From Chloroflexota bacterium (lineage in GTDB: Bacteria; Chloroflexota; Dehalococcoidia; Lucifugimonadales; UBA3495): a stretch of 47,793 bases of DNA. A program made the translations under genes and the position numbers. How positions within the stretch are numbered: the first letter of the stretch is position 1; each line of letters starts with the position of its first letter. The stretch spans positions 1 to 47,793 of the forward strand of contig JAQBVF010000027.1 in the NCBI GenBank assembly GCA_027623675.1, in the 5' to 3' direction. Under the pieces are notes generated by a model. It searched no databases, was not told where the DNA came from, and saw nothing but the letters and a program-made list of their open reading frames with translations. Shown piece by piece: positions 1-8,910 of this stretch.

Positions 1-383
1 TGGCAGTACCGTGGTTGCCCTATGAAAGCGGGGGGTTGAGCGCATCAGGCCGCATTTGACGTCCTTGGAATTGGTGAATATAGTTGGCGCTATCCCAGAG
101 GGAGCTATATCCAGGAAAGTCGGTTTGATCTGGGGAATCCAGGCTAAGATCAGCTTGGAAGAATGAGTGCAGACGGAGCAATTCTAAGGCAGGAACCCAG
201 ACGAGAGCCATCTGGGCGTCTATTACGACACACCCATTCTACTATAACCGGTTCTTAGCGGAAGAGGCGCCGAATGATCGTGGGGTAGCTGCCCCGGGCC
301 CCATCATTGCATGGGACCTAGAGCAGCTACCGTGATTGCCCGTCGTGGTGCCAAAGTTTTTGCTAAGGACTAGATCGAGTCGA

Positions 384-2096
384 TCACTTGGCGAGCTCGA
401 CTGTCCAAAGAGCGCTGGCATACGGGAGCAGGGGCCAGGGTTCCCAGGACGCAACGCCCTTGCCAACTCCCCAGGGGGTGTTGGCAGTGAATAGGCTCCA
501 CTCGTAGTTCTCTTCCCTGGCCGCCACGTAAATCTCATGATAGGCGTCATGGCGTTCTTGCATGGTGCCAATCGTGCCAAGATTCTTCACGGTCAAGTCC
601 CTGAGGACCGGGTCGCGAGCGACGTAGGACTCCGCTTCACCATAGTGGCCGTAAGCGATGCTGCCACCGTCAAAACGGTCTTCGTTGGGGCGAATGACGA
701 AGTATCCGGGGACCTCGGCGCCGTGCATCTTGTCCTTGATCGATACAGAGTCACCAACCTCAACTTCGCAGTTGATGCCGAGGTTTTTCTTCCACATGTC
801 GCAAACCAACTGGGCGGCATCCGGAACGAAGGGCAGCTCGGAAGCTTCCCAGGTGAACAGGGTGAAGGGATCGGGGAAGCAGGATCCGTTCGGGCAACCA
901 TCCGCTGCCAATAACTCTTGCGCCTTGGCCGGGTCGAAGGGCCAAGAGTCCAAGTCTGGCTCGTAACCGAGGGCGGACGGGCTAACGTGGGCCCAACCTT
1001 TGGTCTCGGCCACTTCAGGACCGTACAAGGTGTTGGCGATCAACTCTTTGTCGATGCCATAGTTCAACGCCTGCCGTATGCCCTTGGTGAAAGGATACGG
1101 AGTAGATTCATCGAACCCATATTCGGTGATCATGTAGAGGTAAACCGCTTCAGGGGCAAAGACGATCTTGCCGCCGGCGTTCTCTATCTGGTCACGGACT
1201 TCCAGGTTGGCCTCAACCAGATCGACTTCACCAGCCCGCAGGGCGGCTACTCTGGTGGAGAGTTCAGGAATGGCCCTGAGTTCCAGGGTGTTGAACCGGT
1301 GGTCCCGGTTCTCTATGTCCCAGTACCCGTCGAACCGCTCGAATTCCATGAGCGAGCCCTTGTCGTGCTTGACCAGATTGAAAGGCCCAGTGGTACCGGG
1401 GGAGGGGTCGTCGTTGTAACCGTCGCGGCCAACGCTCTCACGATAAGCCTTTGAGAAGATGGTCCCGGACGGGTCCGCGCCCATCTCCGAAAGGTTGAAG
1501 GAAAGGAACATCAGGGGTTCAACGGTGGTAACGCTCACTTCCCCGGAATCGGTCACGATCCATGGCTCAGTGGAACGGGCCAGAGCGCGGACTGAAGGGC
1601 TTACAGCCTCTTCTTCAGCCCTGGGTCCGAACTGCTCCTCCAAGGAGAAGGCCACGTCTTCCGCGGTCAAGATGTCTCCGTTATGGAAGGGGACTCCTTC
1701 ACGGACCTTAAAGCTCCAAGTCAAACCGTCCGGAGTGAAAGTCCAAGATTCAGCGATAGCGGGAACCAGCTCTTTGCCTTGTTTTCCCTGGATGAAGTAA
1801 TCATGAACCAGGCGTTGGTAAACTCCGCCCTCGCCACGAACATCGTGGTCGGTAAAGAGTTCATTGCCCCAGTCAGATGTGGCAACGACCAACGTGCCGG
1901 TGGTCGCTCCTGAAGTTCCCGATGGAGCGGATGTACTCCCTGGCTTGGCCGTGGGGACCGGTCCTCCGGTGCTGGAGCCGGCGTCGGGGACTGCCGTGGC
2001 CGAGCTGCCGCAGGCGACAATCACCACCAGGGCCAACATCATGGCCACCGGCCAGTACCTGGCAACTGACTTTTTTAGGAATCGCGGGATAGGCAT
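384..2096 (-). CDS. ABC transporter substrate-binding lipoprotein, family 5 (peptide/nickel type)
   Basis: SBP_bac_5 motifs (LVPAIAESW...TWSFKVREGVPFHNGD.LTAEDVAFS; GPFNLV; RVAALRAGEVD). Lipobox-like VIVAC followed by an S/T/G/P-rich linker. Start moved to ATG 2096, preceded by AAGGAG. Confidence 0.88.
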   Translation of the reverse strand: MPIPRFLKKSVARYWPVAMMLALVVIVACGSSATAVPDAGSSTGGPVPTAKPGSTSAPSGTSGATTGTLVVATSDWGNELFTDHDVRGEGGVYQRLVHDYFIQGKQGKELVPAIAESWTFTPDGLTWSFKVREGVPFHNGDILTAEDVAFSLEEQFGPRAEEEAVSPSVRALARSTEPWIVTDSGEVSVTTVEPLMFLSFNLSEMGADPSGTIFSKAYRESVGRDGYNDDPSPGTTGPFNLVKHDKGSLMEFERFDGYWDIENRDHRFNTLELRAIPELSTRVAALRAGEVDLVEANLEVRDQIENAGGKIVFAPEAVYLYMITEYGFDESTPYPFTKGIRQALNYGIDKELIANTLYGPEVAETKGWAHVSPSALGYEPDLDSWPFDPAKAQELLAADGCPNGSCFPDPFTLFTWEASELPFVPDAAQLVCDMWKKNLGINCEVEVGDSVSIKDKMHGAEVPGYFVIRPNEDRFDGGSIAYGHYGEAESYVARDPVLRDLTVKNLGTIGTMQERHDAYHEIYVAAREENYEWSLFTANTPWGVGKGVASWEPWPLLPYASALWTVELAK

Positions 2097-2479
2097 AAAG
2101 AGTCTCCTTGATTGAGGGTAGTAAGGGCGGCCGTGATTGGGATAGGTTATGTGTCGTTGCGAACAATGTTTGCCGCCGAGGGAACCAAGCTCGTCCCCGC
2201 AGATCAATTATCTGCCAGTTCCCTTTGGCCGCTCATCTCAAAAACGACGTCCTAATCGGATATTAGAGCCGTCCAGGTATAGGCTCTCGCCTTGATACGG
2301 TCAACGAAGTCGTTGGTTGTTCGTAGGCAGATTGTTAAAGTCCTGCCAAAGTTGCCCCCCCCCATCAACTTGGCGATCCCTGTTCTTCGGTGCTGATTTC
2401 GATGCTGATTTAGATACGATCGAGAATAACATCGAACGGCGCCTAGCCCAGCCGGGCACCGCTCATTGAGCAGGGCTAA

Positions 2480-3043
2480 TCATGTCGGCACTGGGGACAG
2501 CCACGCCTCTCCTATCAGAATGGCTTCCACCTGGGGCGCCGCGGCTAGGGCCAGGACGCGCACGTCGTTGTCGTCCTTCAGATCGGCCAATGGACCCATG
2601 GAGTGGGAGATGACCGCGATCGGATAATCGGGTATCCCCTGGGCCCGGGCCATCCCGCGTCCCGTGGTCTTAACCAGTTTCTCGACCCCAATGCTGGCAG
2701 CCGGGATCCCTGCCTTTTCCATGAGTAATGCGTCGAGCACACTGCCCGACGTGCATGAGCCTCAATCCCCGATCCCGGTGATGACCGCATCACAGGATTC
2801 GACGATCTCGTCCCGTATGGACGCGGGCGCCACATTGCCGATGAAAGGCTTCTTTCGGAACGTCACCGACTCGAAGCTGTACTTCTGCCGCAACAGGTCA
2901 ATCACGGAATTGATGACCCGGTCGCCGTAGGGGCGTCCGTTCCAGATGACGCCCAGGCGCAGGCCGTCCAGGGTTCCGGTCCGTTCGGCCATCATGATCT
3001 TCCCGGTGGCCGGACCGGCGGTTGGATTCAATACTTCTATCAT
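2480..3043 (-). CDS. UGSC-motif selenoprotein (Sec at TGA 2762-2764), ~187 aa, putative thiol/selenol redox protein
   Basis: Minus strand reads ...GGG ATC GGG GAT TGA GGC TCA TGC ACG TCG GGC AGT GTG CTC GAC = GIGD-U-GSCTSGSVLD, joining track ORFs 2762-3043 and 2480-2740 in frame. UxxC motif, hairpin 3' of the TGA, SD AGGAGG before the ATG. Confidence 0.88.
2731..2751 (-). promoter_or_regulatory. Bacterial SECIS-like stem-loop
   Basis: mRNA CGUCGGGCA-GUG-UGCUCGACG: 9-bp stem with one G-U pair. The stem begins 10 nt after the UGA and the G-starting apical loop 19 nt after it. Confidence 0.72.
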
Positions 3044-3111
3044 GGAGACCTCCTATTCGCCGTGATGCGCTAAGGTAAAAATCGAACTGGTCCTGCAAAA
3101 GCTGCCTGCCC

Positions 3112-4224
3112 CTATACGGGGTGAACCGCCACGGTCATCGGATCGGTGGAAACGCCGTAAGGCGCCAGGAAGCACAACCGGGGACCGGCATTGCCGCCGC
3201 CGACCACCACGTAGATGTCGGAGCGTCTCAGCAGCGTGGTGTCGTCGAACATGATTCGGTCGTACTCGTGGGGCTTGAAGACGTAGGCGTAGCGGTCTTC
3301 ATCCCCTGGCTGCACCGCCTGCGCCACACCTGCGAACCCGTCGTATTCCGAAGAATGGAGCCCCCAAAGCCCTCGGCGCTTCAGGTCGGCGACCGAACGC
3401 TTGCAGTTGTCCATCAGGTAGCGGCGAACGTCGTGTTTGCTCCAACCGCGCTGGATGAACAACTCGGCGAAATGAGGCGGGACCAGCAGGATGTAGGTGC
3501 CCCGGTAGAAGTCATAGGTGGAGATGGCGTCGGCCATGGAGTCCAGCATCAGCTCGGGATTGGCCGTGCGCTGGCAGTAGACCTGGTAGGGGCCGGGGTA
3601 GGTGGACACGGCAGTGACCGTGCTCTGCTCCCGGTCGAATCCCAGCATCACGTGCAGCGGGTCCCAGGAAGTTTCCTCGTTCTCGGCGATGCAGTAATGG
3701 CCTCGGCCCGGATTGCCGAACTGGCCGCGCTGGATGCCGTCGGGCCGGGACTCGGTGCAGTTCCAGAACAGCAGACTGATGGCCCTGGCCACGGTGCTGC
3801 TGGGCCGGTTTCCGGCGGAACTCAGCAGGTACATCCCGCTGTTGAAGCCCAGGTCTCTGCCCATCGGGCCGTTGACGATCAACATGGGCCAGGCGCTGCC
3901 CAGGGTGGCCATGTGGTTGAACCGGAAGTCGGGATGGCAGATCGCTTCGACCGAGGCCACCAGCACCGGCATGTACTCCTTCTTGCAGCCGGCCATGACG
4001 GCGTTGATAGCCAGGTGCTCGGCGGTAATCACGCGGTCCCGTTCCGGAACATCTCCCAAAGGCCGGCCGGGTTCTAGTCCCGCGTAATCCAAGAACTCCA
4101 TCACTTTCATCTCGGTGGGCGGCACCACCGGCAGGCCATCAGTCCAGCCCCTTTCGAAATACAGTTCCATGGCTGCGTCCAGGTTTTCCACTGAGATTCG
4201 GTCTGCGGTCAATCGATCGACCAT
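3112..4224 (-). CDS. Conserved protein of the family that partners or fuses with UGSC (seleno)proteins
   Basis: Motifs RGWTDGLPVVPPT, AINAVMAGC, IVNGP, GQFGNPG...AENE, PLHV..GF..EQSTVT. Immediately upstream of and co-oriented with the UGSC gene. SD GAGGTG before ATG 4224. Confidence 0.8.
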   Translation of the reverse strand: MVDRLTADRISVENLDAAMELYFERGWTDGLPVVPPTEMKVMEFLDYAGLEPGRPLGDVPERDRVITAEHLAINAVMAGCKKEYMPVLVASVEAICHPDFRFNHMATLGSAWPMLIVNGPMGRDLGFNSGMYLLSSAGNRPSSTVARAISLLFWNCTESRPDGIQRGQFGNPGRGHYCIAENEETSWDPLHVMLGFDREQSTVTAVSTYPGPYQVYCQRTANPELMLDSMADAISTYDFYRGTYILLVPPHFAELFIQRGWSKHDVRRYLMDNCKRSVADLKRRGLWGLHSSEYDGFAGVAQAVQPGDEDRYAYVFKPHEYDRIMFDDTTLLRRSDIYVVVGGGNAGPRLCFLAPYGVSTDPMTVAVHPV

Positions 4225-4397
4225 GGCGCACCTCACAAATGTTGTTTGGCCAGTCCGAGGAGATCAGTTGGACTGGCCTAGTGCGGGACCCGGCACGGAG
4301 AGTGCGGCGGAGCCTTGGGCTGATGTCACGGACCGCCTTGGGCCAGGGTCCATTGGTACAACTGTAATCGGTATAAACAAGGGTCGACAGATACAGT

Positions 4398-4427
4398 TGC
4401 ATCATCCGCAATGATGCAGATGCATCA
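4398..4427. promoter_or_regulatory. Overlapping palindromes, candidate operator in a divergent intergenic region
   Basis: TGCATCAT-CCGCA-ATGATGCA overlaps TGATGCA-GA-TGCATCA, giving three alternating copies of TGCATCA. Confidence 0.45.
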
Positions 4428-4555
4428 ATTAACCAAGGACTCCCCCGGCCAAGAACTCCGGACCGTTCGTACTCGCCGGCTTCAGAATCAGGAAAGGTCT
4501 CGACCAGCGCCTACCCGAACTCCACCGGAACATATGGGGCGGCGGTTCTCATTGG

Positions 4556-4564
4556 TGGTAGAAT
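4556..4564 (+). promoter_or_regulatory. Extended -10 promoter element candidate
   Basis: TGgTAGAAT about 65 nt upstream of the LLM start. Confidence 0.4.
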
Positions 4565-4628
4565 CATATCTCCACGCGCCTCGATGAGCCGCCAGAGCAA
4601 CCCACCGAGTAGTTGAGGAGGAGCAATC

Positions 4629-5747
4629 ATGGACTTTGGGTTATTCGATACTTGGAACGCCTTGTACGCCGGTGACACGGTCCCCTGGGACCCCGCTTAC
4701 GCCGGAGGGGAGCTTCTGGAATCAGAGGCGTACAGCAAGAACTTCGAACAGGTCGATGCCGTTGAATCAATGGGCTGGGATTACATCTGGCTGGGGGGAG
4801 GCCACTTCTCCAGGCAGGCCAGCATGGACCCCCAGGTGCTGATGCTGGCAGCCGTGATCGCCGCCCGCACCAAGAACATCAAGATCGGGTCGTCCATCCA
4901 CCGCCCGCTGATGAAGCTGGAGGGAGAGGAATTGTCGGCACGGGCGCTGCCCCACGAGAGATACGCCTTCGACAACCTGATGTTGGACGACCCATTCCAG
5001 GTCGCGGAGCAGATCTCCATAGTGGACCAGGTCAGCCAGGGCCGGTTCATCTACGGCGCCGGAGCGCGGTCTCGCGGCTCTGAGGAGCGCCGGGACTACT
5101 TCTTTGAGTTCCTGGAAGTGATGAAGCAACTCTGGACCGAGGAGCACTTCTCCGGCTTCGAGGGAAAGTATTACAACTACCCGGCGTTCTACGAGCCGTA
5201 CCTGTCCATACCCAAGCCCTATCAGAAGCCCTATCCCCCCATGTTGCTGCCCGTGGATAGTCAAGAGAGTTTCGTGCCCATGGGCCGGTTGGGTTACCGG
5301 ATCGCCATCGGGGCCGGAAGCTCCCCACACAACATCAGGGGGTCCCAGGTCCTGCGCGAAGACGTGCAGAGCTACAAGAATGCCTGGAAGGAAGCGGGGC
5401 ACCCCGGCGAGCCGACCACCGTGGTCCGCATCCCGACCCTGCTGGCTGACACGAAGGCAGAAGCCGACAGCCAATCCGAAGACCTGATGCGGCTCGCCCG
5501 GCAATATTATTCGGGAAGGGCGGGCATCGGAAGCACCGACGCCGGCGCCGCCAGTCCCGACGCGACCGCCGAGGTCAACCTGTTCGGCACAGCCGAGGAG
5601 GTCGTCGACAAGATTGAGGTGCTCCGCGAAGCATTCAGCACCGACGAGATCATGTTCGAGGTCAACTGGACGTCATCGGTCCCCCGGGACATCGTGATGA
5701 ACACCATGCGCATCCTGACCGACAAGGTCATACCCAATTTCAAATGA
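4629..5747 (+). CDS. LLM-class (luciferase-like) flavin-dependent oxidoreductase
   Basis: MDFGLF start; GWDYIWLGGGHF; AAVIAARTKNIKIGS; DPFQVAEQISIVDQVSQGRFIYGAG; PKPYQKPYPP; GTAEEVVDKI; strong SD GAGGAGGAG. Confidence 0.9.
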   Translation: MDFGLFDTWNALYAGDTVPWDPAYAGGELLESEAYSKNFEQVDAVESMGWDYIWLGGGHFSRQASMDPQVLMLAAVIAARTKNIKIGSSIHRPLMKLEGEELSARALPHERYAFDNLMLDDPFQVAEQISIVDQVSQGRFIYGAGARSRGSEERRDYFFEFLEVMKQLWTEEHFSGFEGKYYNYPAFYEPYLSIPKPYQKPYPPMLLPVDSQESFVPMGRLGYRIAIGAGSSPHNIRGSQVLREDVQSYKNAWKEAGHPGEPTTVVRIPTLLADTKAEADSQSEDLMRLARQYYSGRAGIGSTDAGAASPDATAEVNLFGTAEEVVDKIEVLREAFSTDEIMFEVNWTSSVPRDIVMNTMRILTDKVIPNFK

Positions 5748-5802
5748 TTCAAGATCGGGCGCATCCGATCAGACGCTGATCAAGGAGCGTTAAGGAGCCT
5801 AA

Positions 5803-6585
5803 ATGAAGTTCGCCAGGTTCGAGACCAACGGATGGGAAAGCTACGCTGTCGTCGAAGGAGACCAGCTCAGGGTGATCCAAGGCGACCTCTTCGGTCAGCA
5901 TCACTTCACCGACGCCAGATACCCCATCAGCGGCGTGAAGATACTGCCGCCCACCAGGCCCAAAAGCTTCTGGGCGGTGGGGCTGAACTACGCTGACCAC
6001 GTTGCCCACCAGGTGGAAAATCTGGACGCCGAGCGCATAACCAGGGACGCCCAGACCTTCCGTCCCTGGCAGAAAGGGGTCAGCAGCATCATCGGCCAAG
6101 ACGACACGATCGTCCTTCCCAAAGAGTCGGACTACGTCCACTATGAGGGCGAGTTGGTGATCGTGATTGGCAAACCCGCCCGGCGGATCACCCCCGAAGA
6201 AGCCCCCAATTTCATACTCGGCTACACCTGCGGCAACGATGTCAGCGGAGAGGGGTCCTGGTCCAACGACCCATCCAACTGGCGGAAGAAAACCAGCGAT
6301 ACGTTCGGTCCGGTCGGCCCGTGGATCGAGACCGATATCGACCCCCAATCGGTAGACATCATCACGCGGGTCAACGGCAAGGAGAACGACCGGGGCAGCA
6401 CCTCCGGCATGACTTTCAACTGCTACGAGACGGTTAGCCGGATCAGCCAGTTCGTGACGCTTCACCCCGGAGACCTGATCCTGACCGGCGCTCCCGGTGC
6501 GGTGGATGGGCTCAAGCCCGGCGACGTGGTGGAGATTGAGATCGCCGAGATCGGCACCCTTCGAAACCCGGTCGCCGCCGAGTAA
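5803..6585 (+). CDS. Fumarylacetoacetate hydrolase family protein
   Basis: AVGLNYADH, VHYEGELVIVIGK, ILGYTCGNDVS, KTSDTFGPVGPWI, TLHPGDLILTG. Confidence 0.92.
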   Translation: MKFARFETNGWESYAVVEGDQLRVIQGDLFGQHHFTDARYPISGVKILPPTRPKSFWAVGLNYADHVAHQVENLDAERITRDAQTFRPWQKGVSSIIGQDDTIVLPKESDYVHYEGELVIVIGKPARRITPEEAPNFILGYTCGNDVSGEGSWSNDPSNWRKKTSDTFGPVGPWIETDIDPQSVDIITRVNGKENDRGSTSGMTFNCYETVSRISQFVTLHPGDLILTGAPGAVDGLKPGDVVEIEIAEIGTLRNPVAAE

Positions 6586-6763
6586 CCGGCTGAAAACCTA
6601 TCGGGTTGGAGCAATGGCCCCGGCAGCGCCCACCGGCCGTTGATTACGGGTTGTTCCCAGTTGTTCCTGGGTATTCAATGCCAGCCTCTGTTGGCATGAC
6701 TCCAGGTTACTTCTCTGCCTCGGGCCGCACGCGGCAATCTTTGAATCTGATGGAGGCTGTCTG

Positions 6764-7822
6764 ATGCCCTATCATATGTACGTTTCCCTTCAGGACGATG
6801 ACAAGATATTAGGTTTCTCCATGGACTCCGAGACCGGGAGATTGTCCCCAGCGGGTGAAACCCTAGCCCCCGGCGGGCCATCATCCTCAGCTATCAGCCC
6901 AGACAAAAAGACCTTTTATGTCGGCCATCGCAACAGCAACGAGATCTCGAGTTACCGGATAGATACCGCCACAGGGGCACTGGAACCAGTCAACAAGGTC
7001 CAACTGGATGCTTCGCCAACTTTCCTGTCACTGGACCGGAGGGGCCGGTATCTACTTTCCTCCTACTACCAGGGGGCCCACGTAGCGGTCCATTCCGTGG
7101 GGGCTGACGGATCGGTGGGTAGCCAACCCATAGAATGGCTGGAAACCGCGACCGCCGCCCACGCGATCCAAACTGACCATTCGAACAAGTTCGCCTTCGT
7201 GCCGCACATCGCACGGCTGAGCGACAGCGTGATGCAACCTCCAGGGGATGCACTCGGGCCCAACGCCATCTTCCAGTTCAAGTTCGACGAGAACACCGGC
7301 AGGCTAACACCCAACTCACCGTTGAAGGTTGAGCCGGAAGAATTCCTTGGCCCGCGCCATCTCTGCTTCCATCCGAGCTTGAACGTGGTCTATTTCTCCA
7401 ACGAACAGGGAGGCAGCGTAACCGGCTACCAGATGGATCCCTCGGCCGGGACCCTATCGGCCTTCCAAACCATATCGACCCTGCCCGAAGGTTATTCGGG
7501 GAGGAACACCTGCTCCCAGATACAGATCACTCCGTCCGGGAGATTCTTGTACGCCCCCAACCGGGGCCACAACAGCGTCGCCGGTTTCTCCGTGGATGCA
7601 TCTTCCGGCCGGCTGACCGCCATCGGGCGGGCGCCGACCGAGTCGGTTCCCAGCGCGTTCAGCCTGGACCCAGACGGAAGGTTCCTCTTTGCCGCCGGCT
7701 CGGAGTCGGACCGTTTGGCGTCATACCAGATCGACGCCGAGACCGGCGTCTTGACCCCCCTTGAGACCTATGCGGCGGGCAAGCGGCCCATGGGAGTGCT
7801 GATCGCGAACGTCGGAGAGTAG
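6764..7822 (+). CDS. Lactonase family beta-propeller (6-phosphogluconolactonase / cycloisomerase-like)
   Basis: AHAIQTD, GPRHLCFHP, YFSNEQ, FQTISTLP, GRFLYAPNRGHNSV, PSAFSLDPDGRFL. Confidence 0.9.
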   Translation: MPYHMYVSLQDDDKILGFSMDSETGRLSPAGETLAPGGPSSSAISPDKKTFYVGHRNSNEISSYRIDTATGALEPVNKVQLDASPTFLSLDRRGRYLLSSYYQGAHVAVHSVGADGSVGSQPIEWLETATAAHAIQTDHSNKFAFVPHIARLSDSVMQPPGDALGPNAIFQFKFDENTGRLTPNSPLKVEPEEFLGPRHLCFHPSLNVVYFSNEQGGSVTGYQMDPSAGTLSAFQTISTLPEGYSGRNTCSQIQITPSGRFLYAPNRGHNSVAGFSVDASSGRLTAIGRAPTESVPSAFSLDPDGRFLFAAGSESDRLASYQIDAETGVLTPLETYAAGKRPMGVLIANVGE

Positions 7823-7938
7823 ACTCGGTGTCTCGGGAATGAGGCCATCTGCTGCGACGTGAAACCAGCTTGGGAACAGGGCCAACCCGTCAGCCCGAAG
7901 GTCGGGCGTTCGTCGAAAAAACAAAAGGGGGATCCACA

Positions 7939-8799
7939 ATGTCTCTCGCCCGCGAGCGGTTTCGCGCCGCGCTGTCCCGGCCTGATTGCACTCTGGCCGC
8001 GAATATCTTCGACCCGCTGTCGGCCCGCATCGCTCACATGCTGGACTATGAAGTCTGTTTCCTGTCCGGCTCGGTGCACAAGGTTGCCAACCTGGCCGTG
8101 CCCGACATCGTGCTGACCAACCTGTCGGACCTGGTGGACGTTTGCCGGCGCATCACCCGCATCGCCGACGTGAGCTTGATGCACGATGGGGAAGACGGGT
8201 TCGGCAACGCGGTCAACGTGGTGCGCTCCGTCAAAGAACTGGAGGCGGCGGGCGTCTCCGCCATCGAGATCGAAGACGCCATCCCGCCGTCCCGTTTCAA
8301 CCAAGAGGACCTTGGCCTGTATTCAGAGGCCGAGCAGGTGGGCAAACTGGAGGCGGCGGTGGCCGCGCGCAACGATCCCATGACCGTGATAGTCGCCCGG
8401 ACCACTGTACTGGCCCGATTCACCCTGGATAAAGCGCTGGACCGGATCAAAGCCTACTCTCAGACCGGCGTGGAGGCCATCAGACTGGCCGGTTTGCGCA
8501 CCAGGGACCAACTTGAGGCGGTGCACCAGGCAACCCCGTTGCCCATCACGGTGCTGAGTCCTCCCGACGGCATGACCAACGACCGGGAGTTCCTGGCGGC
8601 CAACGGAGTGAGGATATTGATGGCGGGAAACCCGGCCTTCGGGATGGCCATCCAGGCCGTGTACGATGCCCTGAAGCACCTGAAGGACGGCGGCCCGGTG
8701 GGCGATCTGACGCCCAGGGAAGCCGATGCCGAGTTGCTGCGCCGCGTGAACCGCACCGACGAGTTCATCCAACTGCAAAAGCAGTTTCTGCGCCACTGA
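7939..8799 (+). CDS. Isocitrate lyase/PEP mutase superfamily protein, oxaloacetate decarboxylase-like
   Basis: FDPLSARIA, LSGS, PD, DGEDGFGNAVNV, IEIED, IVART. Lacks the KxCGH loop of PrpB/ICL. Start at ATG 7939. Confidence 0.82.
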   Translation: MSLARERFRAALSRPDCTLAANIFDPLSARIAHMLDYEVCFLSGSVHKVANLAVPDIVLTNLSDLVDVCRRITRIADVSLMHDGEDGFGNAVNVVRSVKELEAAGVSAIEIEDAIPPSRFNQEDLGLYSEAEQVGKLEAAVAARNDPMTVIVARTTVLARFTLDKALDRIKAYSQTGVEAIRLAGLRTRDQLEAVHQATPLPITVLSPPDGMTNDREFLAANGVRILMAGNPAFGMAIQAVYDALKHLKDGGPVGDLTPREADAELLRRVNRTDEFIQLQKQFLRH

Positions 8800-8860
8800 A
8801 ATAACCCTGACGGGCGCGGCCCGGCCACGCCGCTGCCAGGGCAATCTCAGATCGAGCGTA

Positions 8861-8869
8861 TGTTAAAAT
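8861..8869 (+). promoter_or_regulatory. Extended -10 promoter element candidate
   Basis: TGtTAAAAT about 40 nt upstream of the ATG, with SD AGGAG. Confidence 0.45.
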
Positions 8870-8910
8870 CGCAGTGTTCCGGCACACAGGCTAGTGAATA
8901 GGAGAAAGCT

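Noticed and set aside
7939..8799. Methylisocitrate lyase PrpB forming a methylcitrate cycle with MmgE/PrpD
   Set aside because: Lacks the KRCGH catalytic loop. The MmgE/PrpD gene is 9 kb away and divergent, and there is no prpC.
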